From Octopus vulgaris (lineage: Eukaryota), in NCBI GenBank assembly GCA_951406725.2, contig OX597814.1, positions 6,758,001 to 6,822,000 on the forward strand: a DNA stretch of 64,000 nt, given 5' to 3'. A program made the translations under genes and the position numbers. Under the pieces are notes generated by a model, which was not told the DNA's origin, ran no database searches, and saw nothing but the letters and a program-made list of their open reading frames with translations. This document shows, one piece after another, positions 52,608 through 64,000 of the stretch. The stretch's first letter is position 1. Every line of letters starts with the position of its first letter.

Positions 52608-53319
52608 AACAAAACAATTTCTATATCAGGCATTAGTTATTAGTTAATTAAACTTAGATATTTGCATTTAATTACAGTTAATGACATTTTACAATGAGGT
52701 AATAAGAAAATATTCAGCTGGTGAAATATTTATAAAAAATTTTTTTTTTGTAAAATTTACTATTATCATGAAATAAAAAGACAAGAACCATATGAAGGTT
52801 ACATGTGACCAAGGCAAAAGGTTTACCTCGATTTTATCATTTTTCTGTTTCTTTTTATTTTAATTGCAGTTTGTTGAGGCATATTTCATTCAGTGAATGA
52901 GCAAATTTAAACAAGTAACAGAAAATGTTTCACAAAGAAGCTGCAAGAAGATGGAGGAGAATCAAAATACATAAATGTCCTTGATGTAATAATGATAATA
53001 ATGAAATTATTGTATACAGTGCTCAGGTGCACCACAACACTCAGGTGTACCACAAAGATTGATGTAATGTCTTATTTGCTTCAGATTGTCTCATTATCTG
53101 AAAAGAAGAAAATTGAAGACGTTGTACTTTTCTAGAGTCTCTTTGATTTAGTAAAATGAAAGGCCATCCTTTTAGGCTGCTACTCGTCACAGAAATATCC
53201 TGGCTATTGGGGTTTGCATCCTCAACTGCCCTTAAAACATAAACAACACAAAAAAGATTCAGTTGAGATTCTTATCAGTAGATTCTTGCTTGGTAGTTTA
53301 TTTTATTGGCACGAGACGC

Positions 53320-53590
53320 ATGAAAGGCACAACTGATCTCAGTCTAATCTCATCTCGGAATGTAAAAAGCCAGAATTAACATCCTTTCTATGATAGGCAC
53401 AATGCCTGAAATTTTGTGGGGAGAGGGTGAGTTAAATATATCGACACCCCTCCATCCCCTAGAATTTATTAGCTCCAAAAGAATGAAAGGTAAAGTTGAC
53501 TTCAGCAGGACTTAAACTCAGAAAGTAAAGCCAGAGAAGTTCTGTTAATCATTTTGTCTGGTGTGGTAACGATTCTGCCAGCTTACCACT
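53320..53590 (-). mobile_element. Degraded SINE family D copies
   Basis: gaatgaaaggtaaagttgac...aacgattctgccagct. Confidence 0.65.
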
Positions 53591-54402
53591 TTAAAATAGA
53601 ATAAATATCACAATAATATTTTGTCTGATGCTCTACCGATTCTGTCAGTCCAAAATCTTCTTTTATCTTGCTGTCTGTAAATTTGTATTCAGATTTATGG
53701 GTTCCAAATGAGAAACTTGGCATTTATGAAAACTAATAAAACAAGTTTTTTGAACAGGTTTACCATGTTCCTGCAAGTCATAAAAGAGTGGCACCAGGAA
53801 GTGCATATGGTCCTTAAATATTGCTTTGAAATATCCAGTCCAAATCATGTCAACATGGGGAAATGGAAGTAAAAAATAATGGTGGTGTGTTTTAACATCC
53901 ATTCTTATTGTTGAGTTTCTAACTTGTCTGAAATTGATTAAAATTTAGAGAAACTGAGAAACCCATGAATGGTTGAATGTTTTCTTTCATATGATTCCAA
54001 AAACCCAACCTACTTAACAAACCCTTATTTACATAGATTTTCATACAATTTTACAGGAATATGGTTATAGGATTCACAGTATGACTTTACTATTTAAAAT
54101 GTTGGACCAGAACAAGGTTGACATTTCTTTCTTGGATTCCATCATTGGCAAAAAAATTCCGATTTTCACATTTTAAATCTGGCATTTGTTTAGAAATAGA
54201 AGATATTGGCCCATGTATTTGAAACCTTTCTTTTAGGGATAAATTGTTGAGGAGTTCTTGTAGCTTTCTATTAGCCAAGATTTGTCCTCATGAAGATTTG
54301 CAACCAAATTATCAATGTCGCAGCTAAAACTATGAAACCTGCCGACACAAAAGTTGTGGTCCTGATATTTTTGACAATGTCACTTTATTATTTTAGTAAA
54401 TA

Positions 54403-54790
54403 CTAGCAGTATCGCCCGGCGTTGTTCGGGTTTGTAAGGGAAATAACTATATAAGCATTTTTAGAGAGTTATAGCAAAAAAATAGCAAAAAAATGCATTA
54501 AAAATGGAAAAAAAATGATGTTAAATTTTTTAAAAAATTGTTGACTCATCGTAGACATTTTTAGAGAGTTACTTCCCTTATATAATAGCGAAAAAAATTC
54601 ATTAAAATGGAAAAAAATGATGGTAAATTTTTTTTAAAATTGTAGACTCATCGTAGATGTGCGCTAATACCCAGAAGGGCTCGATATGAATCACGACTAT
54701 AAGATAAACTGCACTGCAAAATGTGGGAGTAGTTAGGAATCTAAATCGTAGGAGACAGACAGCACACAACCTCACTTTTATATATAAAGA
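54403..54790 (-). mobile_element. Non-autonomous Helitron
   Basis: Minus strand begins TC (TCTTTATATATAAAAG), has a subterminal hairpin cccgaacaacgccggg and ends CTAG; inserted between A and T with no TSD; internal ~100 bp tandem duplication at 54456-54657. Confidence 0.87.
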
Positions 54791-55013
54791 TTTACTAAGA
54801 AAATATCATGTGATATAAAATATTTCATATTTGGAAACTTTGTTTAGCTGACAGGTGCCAGATCTATTAGTTTTCGTTCAATATTGAACATCATCATCAT
54901 CATCATCATTATTGTTTGGTGTCTGTCTTCCATGCTGGCATGGGTGGAATATTTTTCACTCATCGAAATGAAAAGAAAATGTCTTAAAACCAATAAAACA
55001 CAACTGCAAGAAA

Positions 55014-55405
55014 CATCATCATCCTCATCATCGTTTAACGTCCGTTCTCCATGCTGGCATGGCTTGAATGGTTCGACCAGGGATCTGGGAAGCCAGAAGG
55101 CTGCACCAGGCTCCAGTCTTATCTGGTAGTGTTTCTACAGCTGGATGCTCTCCCTAACGCCAACCACTCCGTGAGTGTAGTGGGTGCTTTTTATGTGCCA
55201 CCTGCATAGGTGTCAGGTGAGGCTGGCAACGGCCACGGTCGGATTGGTGCATTTTACATGCCACCGGCACGGAAGCTAGTCGAGGCGGCACTGGCATCGG
55301 CCACAGTTCGGATGGTGCTTTTTACATGCCACCGGCACGGAAGCTAGTCGAGGCGGCACTGGCATCGGCCACAGTTCGGATGGTGCTTTTTACATGCCAC
55401 TGGCA
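55014..55405 (-). mobile_element. RTE 3'-end retrocopy (family A)
   Basis: Family A motifs with an exact internal module duplication. Confidence 0.87.
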
Positions 55406-55465
55406 AACAAATATGTTAAAATAGTTTAAATGATCAACTGATGTTCTCTTAACTCCCTCTCTTTG

Positions 55466-55507
<42 letters not shown>

Positions 55508-56276
55508 TGTCTTTGCCTATCAGTCTGTATCTCTCTCAGTCTATCTGTCTCTTTCTCTCCCCCTTTCCTCTCCCTTTATGTCTCCATTTTCCTTTCTTGC
55601 TGATGTTTTTTTTTTGTAGAAAATTTCGAGTGTAGCGGAATTTTATCAGTTTTTAGTTGAAGAATTGGTAGAATTAAACTTGAACTCTTCTTGCAGAATT
55701 TGGTATATCATTCAAATAGATTTTCCTTCTTGAAGTTTTCTGACGAGGAATGTCGATATAAACATGTGAAATTAAAAATCTAATTGTTTGTTCGTTAACA
55801 CCTAGTTCAATCAGTTATATATCCTTCAATAATAAATCAAGTGATTCTGATAAGATTGGCAAAATAATTTGCATATTTCTGCTGTTGCTTAGCAACTGTT
55901 TTGATCTTTGTTCTGATGGTCGATGTCATGCTGTATCAGTTCAGACTTAGATTTTGTTTATTGTTGGAATAAACTACCATGTTGTGTGCAGGAAGCATCA
56001 AATCAGGCAACTTGTGAATCATAAACAACTAAAAACAACAATAAAACTATTAAAAAAAATCAATAGAATGGTTAATTTTGCAAGAATGAATATCAATCCT
56101 TTAAGTTATACCTTAGGTCTGCCATATAATTAGATTTATATTAGGTTTACATAAAACTGGTGAGAAATACTGACCCAAATTATCTATGGGCATATAGCGT
56201 AGTGGTTAAGAGCGCAGGCTACTGACCCCAAGATTCCTTGTTCGATTCCAGGCAAGGACCTGGATAATAATAATAA

Positions 56277-56635
<359 letters not shown>

Positions 56636-56684
56636 CATCGAAAAATACCTTAGGAATGAGAACCCAAGTTTGAAATTTCCCCAA

Positions 56685-56730
56685 GACACCTGAAGAAGGC
56701 TGGAGGGTATATCAGCCGAAACGTTGTGTT
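56685..56730 (+). ncRNA. Minimal type I hammerhead ribozyme motif
   Basis: GACAC-CTGAAGA-A-GGCTGG-agggtata-TCAGCC-GAAAC-GTT-GTGTT. Stems I and II pair; stem III is the loopless palindromic AACGTT seen in dimeric Penelope-type hammerheads. Confidence 0.78.
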
Positions 56731-56984
56731 AAAAACAAACAAGATGAGGACAAATATCTGTCAAGTGTAAATAATGTAAATAATGTAAATTCTGACCCAA
56801 ATTATCTTATTTCAAAAATAATTTTTTTGACAAAAAATTTTTTTGCACAAAATGTCGAATGTTTCATTGGTCACCTTTGACTTTATGCAATTTGCTAGTC
56901 TTTAACCAATGTCTAAGAGCTTGTTAATCCTGTTCTTGACCATTTCCACCACATTCTATTAGTAAATGATAAATGAGAAGATGC

Positions 56985-57787
56985 ATCGAGCCAAGTGAAA
57001 CCATGGCAGATGCTGGGGGTCAGGCAAAATGGCACCCATGCCAGTGGCACATAGAAAGCACCCATTACACTCTCAGAGTGGTTGGCGTTAGGAAGGGCGT
57101 CCAGCTGTAGAAACCCTGCCAAATCAGAATGGAGTGTGGTGCAGCCTTCCAGCATGCCAGCCCTGGTCAAACCATCCAACATCCACCAGCATCGACAATG
57201 GACATGAAATGATGATGATGATAATACATACATACATACATGCATATTCAACATCAATGGAAATTGTAGCTGTGATACAAGTGCCGGTGGCACGTAAGAG
57301 AACCATCTGAATGTGGCCGTTCCAGCGCCGCCTGAACTGGCCTCTGTGCCGGTGGCATGTAAAATAACCATCCGATCGTGGCTGTTTGCCAACCTCATCT
57401 GGCACCTGTGTCGGTGGCACGTAAAAGCACCATCCGATCGTGGCCATTTGCCAGCCTCACCTGGGCCCCGTGCTGGTGGCATGTAAAAAGCACCATCCGA
57501 TCGTGGCTGTTTGCCAGCCTCTCCTGGGCCCCGTGCTGGTGGCACGTAAAAAGCACCATCTGATCGTGGCCGTTTGCTAGCCTCGTCTGGCACCTGTGTT
57601 GGTGGCACGTAAAAAGCACCCACTACATTCACGGAGTGGTTGGCGTTAGGAAGGGCATCCAGCTGTAGAAACATTGCCAGATCAAGACTGGGCCTGGTGC
57701 AGCCTTCTGGCTTCGCAGACTCCAGTTGAACCGTCCAACCCATGCTAGCATGGAAAGCAGACGTTAAACGATGATGATGATGATGAT
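56985..57787 (+). mobile_element. Two adjacent RTE 3'-end retrocopies (56985-57222 and 57250-57787; the second has six modules)
   Basis: Family A motifs and (GAT)n tails. Confidence 0.87.
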
Positions 57788-57989
57788 ATAACATAAGAAG
57801 GAAAATGCACCCAATTTATTTGAATATGTTTTATAAGATAGAATATAATGATAGTCTACCAGTTTCATGTTTTGCTCATCATGACTGGGAAATTAGTGAA
57901 AATATTGCAATTTCTGTGGTATCTTAAGGCCTTTTCAGCCATGTTGTTTGTATGAGAATTTGCTTTTATGTGTGTTGGTGTATGTGTAT

Positions 57990-58089
<100 letters not shown>

Positions 58090-58094
58090 GCACA

Positions 58095-58404
58095 TGTGGA
58101 GGCGCAATGGCCCAGTGGTTAGGGCAGCGGACTCGCGGTCGTAGGATCGCGGTTTCGATTCCCAGACCGGGCGTTGTGTGTGTTTATTGAGCGAAAACAC
58201 CTAAAAGCTCCACGAGGCTCCGGCAGGGGATGGTGGTGATCCCTGTTGTACTCCTTCACCACTCTTTCTCTCACTCTTTCTTCTGTTGGCCTGCTCGCTT
58301 AGCCAGCGGGGTGGCGTCGTTCGAAGGCTAAAACAATGCGAAGTGCATTGTGACCAGCGATGTGTAGCAACATCTGATGGTCTGGTCGGTCACGTGATCA
58401 AGTG
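58095..58404 (+). mobile_element. tRNA(Arg)-derived SINE, family B, tail type b (RTE-derived)
   Basis: Head GGAGGCGCAATGGCCCAGTGGTTAGGGCAGCGGACTCGCGGTC (TCG at the anticodon position); 3' end matches the RTE at 4562-4625; TSD atatatgcaca at 58084-58094 and 58405-58415. Confidence 0.9.
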
Positions 58405-58556
58405 ATATATGCACACACACACACACACACACACATATCTATTAGTCTAACTCGTATCAGCATAGAAAGTGGACAAAAAAAATCTAAAATAATCATGAAG
58501 GCGACATAAACACAGGAATGCAATGTCAGTTGTCAGATGGTGAGATGTAATAATTG

Positions 58557-58578
58557 TCATCGTCGTCTTCGTCATCAC

Positions 58579-58610
<32 letters not shown>

Positions 58611-58654
58611 CCATCATCACCATCATCACCATCATCATCATCATCATCATCACC

Positions 58655-58713
<59 letters not shown>

Positions 58714-58770
58714 CATCACCATCATCACCATCATCATCATCATCATCACCATCATCATCACCATCATCAC

Positions 58771-58821
<51 letters not shown>

Positions 58822-58842
58822 CATCATCATCACCATCATCAC

Positions 58843-58895
<53 letters not shown>

Positions 58896-58902
58896 CATCA
58901 CC

Positions 58903-58990
<88 letters not shown>

Positions 58991-59030
58991 CCACCACCAT
59001 CATCATCGTCATCATCATCGTCGTCGTCAT
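58557..59030. repeat. (CAT/CAC)n microsatellite
   Basis: Explains the poly-H/S/M/D ORFs. Confidence 0.97.
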
Positions 59031-59170
59031 CAAGGCAGTGAGTTGGCAGAATCGTTAGGATGCTGGGCAAAAGGCTTGATAGCATTTCATCTGTCTTTAT
59101 GTTCTGAGTTCAAATTCTGCAGAGGATGGCTTTGTCTTTAATCCTTTTGGGGTCAATAAAATAAGTACTA
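59031..59170 (+). mobile_element. SINE family D 5' part
   Basis: ggcagtgagttggcagaatcgttag...gagttcaaattc...ggggtcaataaaataagtac. Confidence 0.8.
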
Positions 59171-59203
59171 CTTATTAAGTTTCAACCCATTATTGTTATC
59201 ATT

Positions 59204-59259
<56 letters not shown>

Positions 59260-59791
59260 TTCAATGCAATTAATAGTGAATGGGTGTCTTTACAGATTCT
59301 TCCATGATATAATTGTTTATGTCTGAAACAAGTATAATATGAGAATTATTACTCGTTTATGCACTTACTGGTTCCTACCGGTTGGCTCTGGCCACACTGG
59401 AGCAAATGTTTTCAAATAAATAAAGAATAATTTGCCGTTGAATATTTAACATATATCAGAAGAATCAATTCTTGTATCCATTCCGAAACGGTCAGCAAAC
59501 AACTTTTGGTTCATATGAATCTCTTTCTTCAACTGGCAACTTTCCATCTTGCTGCGATGGTCTCTCAAGGTAATAACAATTATTAATTGAAACTATAAAA
59601 GCTTCTATTTATTTCATAAACAGTTAATAGCAAGGGGTATGGAAAGTCATTATGATTTTTTACAGGCAACTGATTATTGTTTCTGGTGGGAGAAGATAAT
59701 TATTGATAAATATAATTGAATACATTTTCAATCGCATATTTAACAGCTCTGTCTATCTGTCTGCCTCTGATAGGTAGGACATTTACCAAAT

Positions 59792-60173
59792 CGGAAGCAC
59801 TCCGTCGGTCACGACGACGAGGGTTCCGGTTGATCCGAATCAACGGAACAGCCTGCTTGTGAAATTAACGTGTAAGTGGCTGAGCACTCCACAGACACGT
59901 GTACCCTTAACGTAGTTCTCGGGGATATTCAGCGTGACGCAGAGAGTGACAAGGCCAGCCCTTTGAAATACAGGTACAACAGAAACAGGAAGTAAGAGTG
60001 AGAGAAAGTTGTGGTGAAAGAGTACAGCAGGATCACCACCATCCCCTGCCGGAGCCTCGTGGAGCCTTTTAGGTGTTTTCGCTCAATAAACACTCACAAC
60101 GCCCGGTCTGGGAATCGAAACCGCGATCCTACGACCGCGAGTCCGCTGCCCTAACTGGGCCATTGCACCTCCT
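59792..60173 (-). mobile_element. tRNA(Arg)-derived SINE, family B, tail type a
   Basis: TSD atttaccaaat at 59781-59791 and 60174-60184. Confidence 0.92.
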
Positions 60174-60524
60174 ATTTACCAAATAAACTGAGTTCCAATG
60201 TTAGACATCAAATATAAGACAGAAAAAAAAAAAGCAACAACAACAGTGAGGTTCTGGTCATTCTGATCAAACATCTATTATTACCTAATAAGCAATAAAT
60301 AATTAGTTTAATCTAATCATGAGGACACATGTCCTAACGATCAGATTAATCCCTGTTTTATGTTTTAAGCTGTTGCTCATTATTTCAAAATAGTATTTTA
60401 CAGTGAAAATTTGTTCCTTGGAAGTTTTCTTGGAGGTTCTATAAAACCAAGCTGGTTGGCCAAATATACGTGAGGGAAGTTATTGAGAGAAGATATAATT
60501 TTGCCATTTACCTGGCAAAAATGA

Positions 60525-60710
60525 GTTGTACCTGTATTTCAAAGGGCCAGCCTTGTCACACTCTCTGTCATGCTGAATCTCCCTGAGAACTGCATTAAGG
60601 GTACACATGCCTGTGGAATGCTCAGCCAGTTGCACAGTAATTTCACGAACAAGCTGTTCCGTTGATCGTATCAGCTGCGACCCTCATCGTCGTAACCAAT
60701 GGAGTGCTCC
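60525..60710 (+). mobile_element. SINE family B tail-a 3' fragment (older)
   Basis: gttgtacctgtatttcaaaggg...cgtcgtaaccaatggagtgctcc. Confidence 0.82.
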
Positions 60711-60775
60711 AATAATTATCATTATTAATACACTAGTGCATGCTAATTTGGTTAGCAGGTATTTTATCTTGGAGT

Positions 60776-61192
60776 AAGGCAGCAAGCAGGCAGAAATGTT
60801 AGCATGCCGGGCGAAATGCGTAGCCGTATTTTGTCAGCTGCTATGTTCTGAGTTCAAATTCCGCCGAGGTCAACTTTGCTTTTCATCCTTTTGGGGTCGA
60901 TAAATTAAGTACCAGTTACGCACTGGGGTCGATGTAATCGACTTAATCCCTTTGTCCTTGTTTGTCCTCTCTGTGTTTAGCCCCTTGTGGGTAGTAAAAA
61001 ATAGGTATTTTGTCTGCTGCTACGTTCTGAGTTCAAATTCCGCCAAGGTCGACTTTGCCTTTCATATCCTTTCAGGCTTGATAAATTAAGTACCAGTTAT
61101 GCACTGGGGTCGATATAATCGACTTAATCCGTTTGTCTGTCCTTGTTTGTCCTCCCTATGTTTAGCCCCTTGTGGGTAGTAAAGAAATAGGT
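60776..61192 (+). mobile_element. SINE family D with tandemly duplicated body
   Basis: Body gtattttgtc...ccccttgtgggtagtaaa occurs twice (~60826-61003 and ~61004-61192). Confidence 0.87.
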
Positions 61193-61195
61193 ATG

Positions 61196-61585
61196 TTATC
61201 TTGGAGTTTGGTGATAAGTCTCTGTAAATCCCAAGAATCTTCCTTAGGATTCTTACAAAATATGGGATGGTACTTCTTTGCAAGATGACAAAGCAAATCT
61301 CAAACCCAGTCTCTTTCGGTATTTTAGGCAGCACCAATTACCATAAGAATTTCTGTTGTCTTGGTCTTCCACAGTCTCTTCAGTTCTCTGGCAAACTTCT
61401 AATGTTTCTCAGTTTTTTCGGTTTCTATGGTATCAATTCTGCTCTCAGAGTTCTTGCACAGTTAGTTTATTTTGTCCCCTTGCTTCAACAGTCTTTACTG
61501 AGAAATCCTGCAAGATCTTGTAATTCTTATTTTCTTTCACAGCCTCTGGTTTGTGTTCAAACCAATTTTCAATTGTTTCGTAGTG
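61196..61585 (-). mobile_element. Degraded R4/Dong-like RLE domain
   Basis: Minus strand NWFEHKPEAVKENKNYKILQDF...ARELKRLWK...VIGA...RILRKIL resembles WYEH.PE.V.EN...KILWDF...EL.RLW...VIGALG. Confidence 0.75.
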
Positions 61586-61881
61586 ATATTATTATTATTA
61601 TTATTATTATTATTGAGTGAGAGAGCAATGCATGCTATCAAAGTAACACTGGGATAAAATATACGAATCCTAGTATACCCACCATGACTACCCATCTGAT
61701 AAGGGTACACCAGGCATATGCATCACAACTATAAATGCATGACAAAATGATCTCCTAGCAAAATTAACAGTGCATGAGCTTGCAGGTGGGGCCCAGTTAG
61801 AATTTTCTTCAGGTGGAGTAGCCCATCCCACTTAAAAGATCCCTGAATAAGGGTTGTTTAAGGATGTTGAATGAAACATCT

Positions 61882-62023
61882 ATGTCCCAATTGATATAAA
61901 CGTATCTGTCAAGACCTACCAAAAAACTGAGCAAGTATAAAGATCTTGAAATAGAAATTGGTAAAATGTGGAATCTCAATGATTAAAACAATACCTGTTG
62001 TCATAGGTGCCCTAGGAATGATA
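61882..62023 (+). mobile_element. R4/Dong-like RLE domain fragment
   Basis: VPIDINVSVKTYQK / LSKYKDLEIEIGKMWNL / IKTIPVVIGALGMI across frameshifts. Confidence 0.82.
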
Positions 62024-62522
62024 CAAGAAGAAGAAGAAGAAGAAGAAGAAGAAGAAGAAGAAGAAGAAGAAGAAGGAGAAGGAGGAGGAGAAGAAGAAGA
62101 AGAAGGAGGCGGAGGAGGCGGAGGAGGAGAAGAAGAAGAAGAAGGAGGCGGAGGAGGAGGAGGAGGAGGAGAAGGAGAAGAAGAAGGAGAAGAAGAAGAA
62201 GGAGGAGGAGGAGGAGGAGAAGAAGAAGACGAAGAAGAAGGAGAAGGAGGAGGAGGAGAAGGAGAAGGAGAAGGAGAAGGAGGAGGAGGAGAAGGAGGAG
62301 GAGGAGGAGGAGGAGGAGAAGAAGAAGACGAAGAAGAAGGAGAAGGAGGAGGAGGAGAAGGAGAAGGAGAAGGAGAAGGAGGAGGAGGAGAAGGAGGAGG
62401 AGGAGGAGGAGAAGGAGAAGAAGGAGGAGGAGGAGAAGAAGAAGAAGAAGAAGGAGGAGGAGGAGGAGAAGAAGAAGAAGAAGAAGAAGGAGGAGAAGAA
62501 GAAGAAGAAGAAGAAGAAGAAG

Positions 62523-62565
<43 letters not shown>
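62024..62565. repeat. (GAA/GGA)n then (GCA)n trinucleotide tract
   Basis: Explains the poly-E/G/A/L/F/S ORFs; internal higher-order duplication around gaagacgaagaa. Confidence 0.97.
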
Positions 62566-62981
62566 TCCTGCATATGCAAAGTTTAGACAAAGCACAGCTT
62601 CTACAGTGTGTCCAGCGGGGAAACCAATTGCTTCCCTGTAAGCCTTGTGTTGCCATTTCCCCCGATTGAAGCAATTTACTAAAACTTTACTCTTTGCAAA
62701 GTTAACTTCGTTTCACAACAATTCAAAACCTCAGCATCTGACTCCATCACTGACTCACCTGTATTTTTCATTGATCAGATTTTAACAACCCCCCCCCCCC
62801 CAATGGGACACCTGCTTTATCTACCTTCAAATACTCTATCTACCATCAATGACTGTTCTGTTGGGTGTGTTTGGCGTCAACTCTCCCCTTCCAACTTTCT
62901 GCTGCCCCCCCCCCTCTCATTCTCATTTCTCCTCATGCTTCACAACATGTGCAAACCTTGCTTTCTGCCTCTCCTCTAGCT

Positions 62982-63027
<46 letters not shown>

Positions 63028-63143
63028 GCAAACCTTGCTTTCTGCCTCTCCTCTAGCTGTACACACACACACACACACACATGCATACACACACACACCT
63101 ACCTAAATATATATAAATACACATACATAAATACATACATACA

Positions 63144-63211
<68 letters not shown>

Positions 63212-63223
<12 letters not shown>

Positions 63224-63507
63224 CATATGTGTGGATGGTTGTGTACATACACTGATATATACATAGATAAATAAATAATGCCAACCTATTTTGGGTGCTT
63301 TTTACGTGCTACCTACACAGGTACCAGACGAGGCTGGCAAACGGCAACGATCAGATGGTGCTTTTTACGTGCCACGTGTGTGTACGATTGTGTGCCTTTG
63401 TTTGTCCCCGCAACATCGCTTGACAACCGATGCTGGTGTGTTTATGTCCCTGTAACTTAGCAGTTCGGCAAAACAGACAGATAGAATAAGTACTAGGCTT
63501 ACAAAGA

Positions 63508-63544
<37 letters not shown>

Positions 63545-63612
63545 CATATGTGTGTGGTTGTGTACATACACTGATATATACATAGATAAATAAATAATGC
63601 CAACCTATTTTT
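63212..63612. repeat. ~80-bp direct repeat enclosing a family A / SINE C chimeric fragment
   Basis: tatttatatatacatatgtg...tggttgtgtacatacactgatatatacatagataaataaataatgccaacctatttt at ~63212-63292 and ~63533-63612. Confidence 0.88.
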
Positions 63613-63631
63613 TCATAGATTATACACGCAG

Positions 63632-63638
63632 GTACACA

Positions 63639-63732
<94 letters not shown>

Positions 63733-63817
63733 CATGCACACACACACACACACACGCACACACACATACACACACATACACACACACATACACACACACA
63801 CACATACACACACACAT

Positions 63818-63853
<36 letters not shown>

Positions 63854-63903
63854 ACACATGCACATACACACACACACACACGCACACACATGCACACACA
63901 CAT

Positions 63904-63976
<73 letters not shown>

Positions 63977-63999
63977 CACACATGCACAGACACACACAC
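63632..63999. repeat. (CA)n microsatellite
   Basis: Direct observation. Confidence 0.98.
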
Positions 64000-64000
64000 A

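Noticed and set aside
53040-53235. Exon-like open frame on the minus strand (AVEDANPNSQ...)
   Set aside because: No homology recognised and no clear donor site.
55739-55785. ctgacgagg...gaaat hammerhead-like motif
   Set aside because: Stems I and III are not supported.
58098-58172. tRNA-Arg gene
   Set aside because: The acceptor stem does not pair; it is a SINE head within a TSD.
59460-59570. Possible + strand exon (cag...KNQFLYPFRNG...ag/gtaata)
   Set aside because: Weak polypyrimidine tract, unrecognised peptide, and the opposite strand is also open.
61909-62674. Long Glu/Gly/Ala-rich ORFs
   Set aside because: Trinucleotide repeat appended to a retrotransposon fragment.

Overview
AT-rich, repeat-saturated eukaryotic non-coding DNA. 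The mix of microsatellites, SINEs, RTE LINEs and Penelope elements looks cephalopod (Octopus-like); this is an inference from repeat content only. I recognise no host protein-coding exon. Almost all ORF-track entries are microsatellite translations or antisense readings of repeats. Supported content: (1) a six-copy tandem array of a TTAA-bounded piggyBac-type MITE (842-2332); (2) four SINE families, many copies with clear TSDs; (3) about 20 5'-truncated 3' ends of an RTE LINE with (GAT)n tails, plus two longer RT-coding remnants carrying an in-frame PHD finger; (4) Penelope-like RT and GIY-YIG remnants and several type I hammerhead motifs; (5) R4/Dong-like restriction-like-endonuclease fragments next to (AAT)n tracts; (6) a non-autonomous Helitron; (7) a U6 snRNA retrocopy fused to a retroposon 3' tail. 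Best leads: a TSD-flanked tRNA-headed SINE carrying a hammerhead motif, the U6 chimera, the MITE array with a non-local spacer, a 16-bp minisatellite lying inside a SINE TSD, and a tandemly amplified pseudoknot-like module in the RTE 3' UTR. None of these is shown to be a new system from the sequence alone. Boundaries of degraded repeats are approximate.
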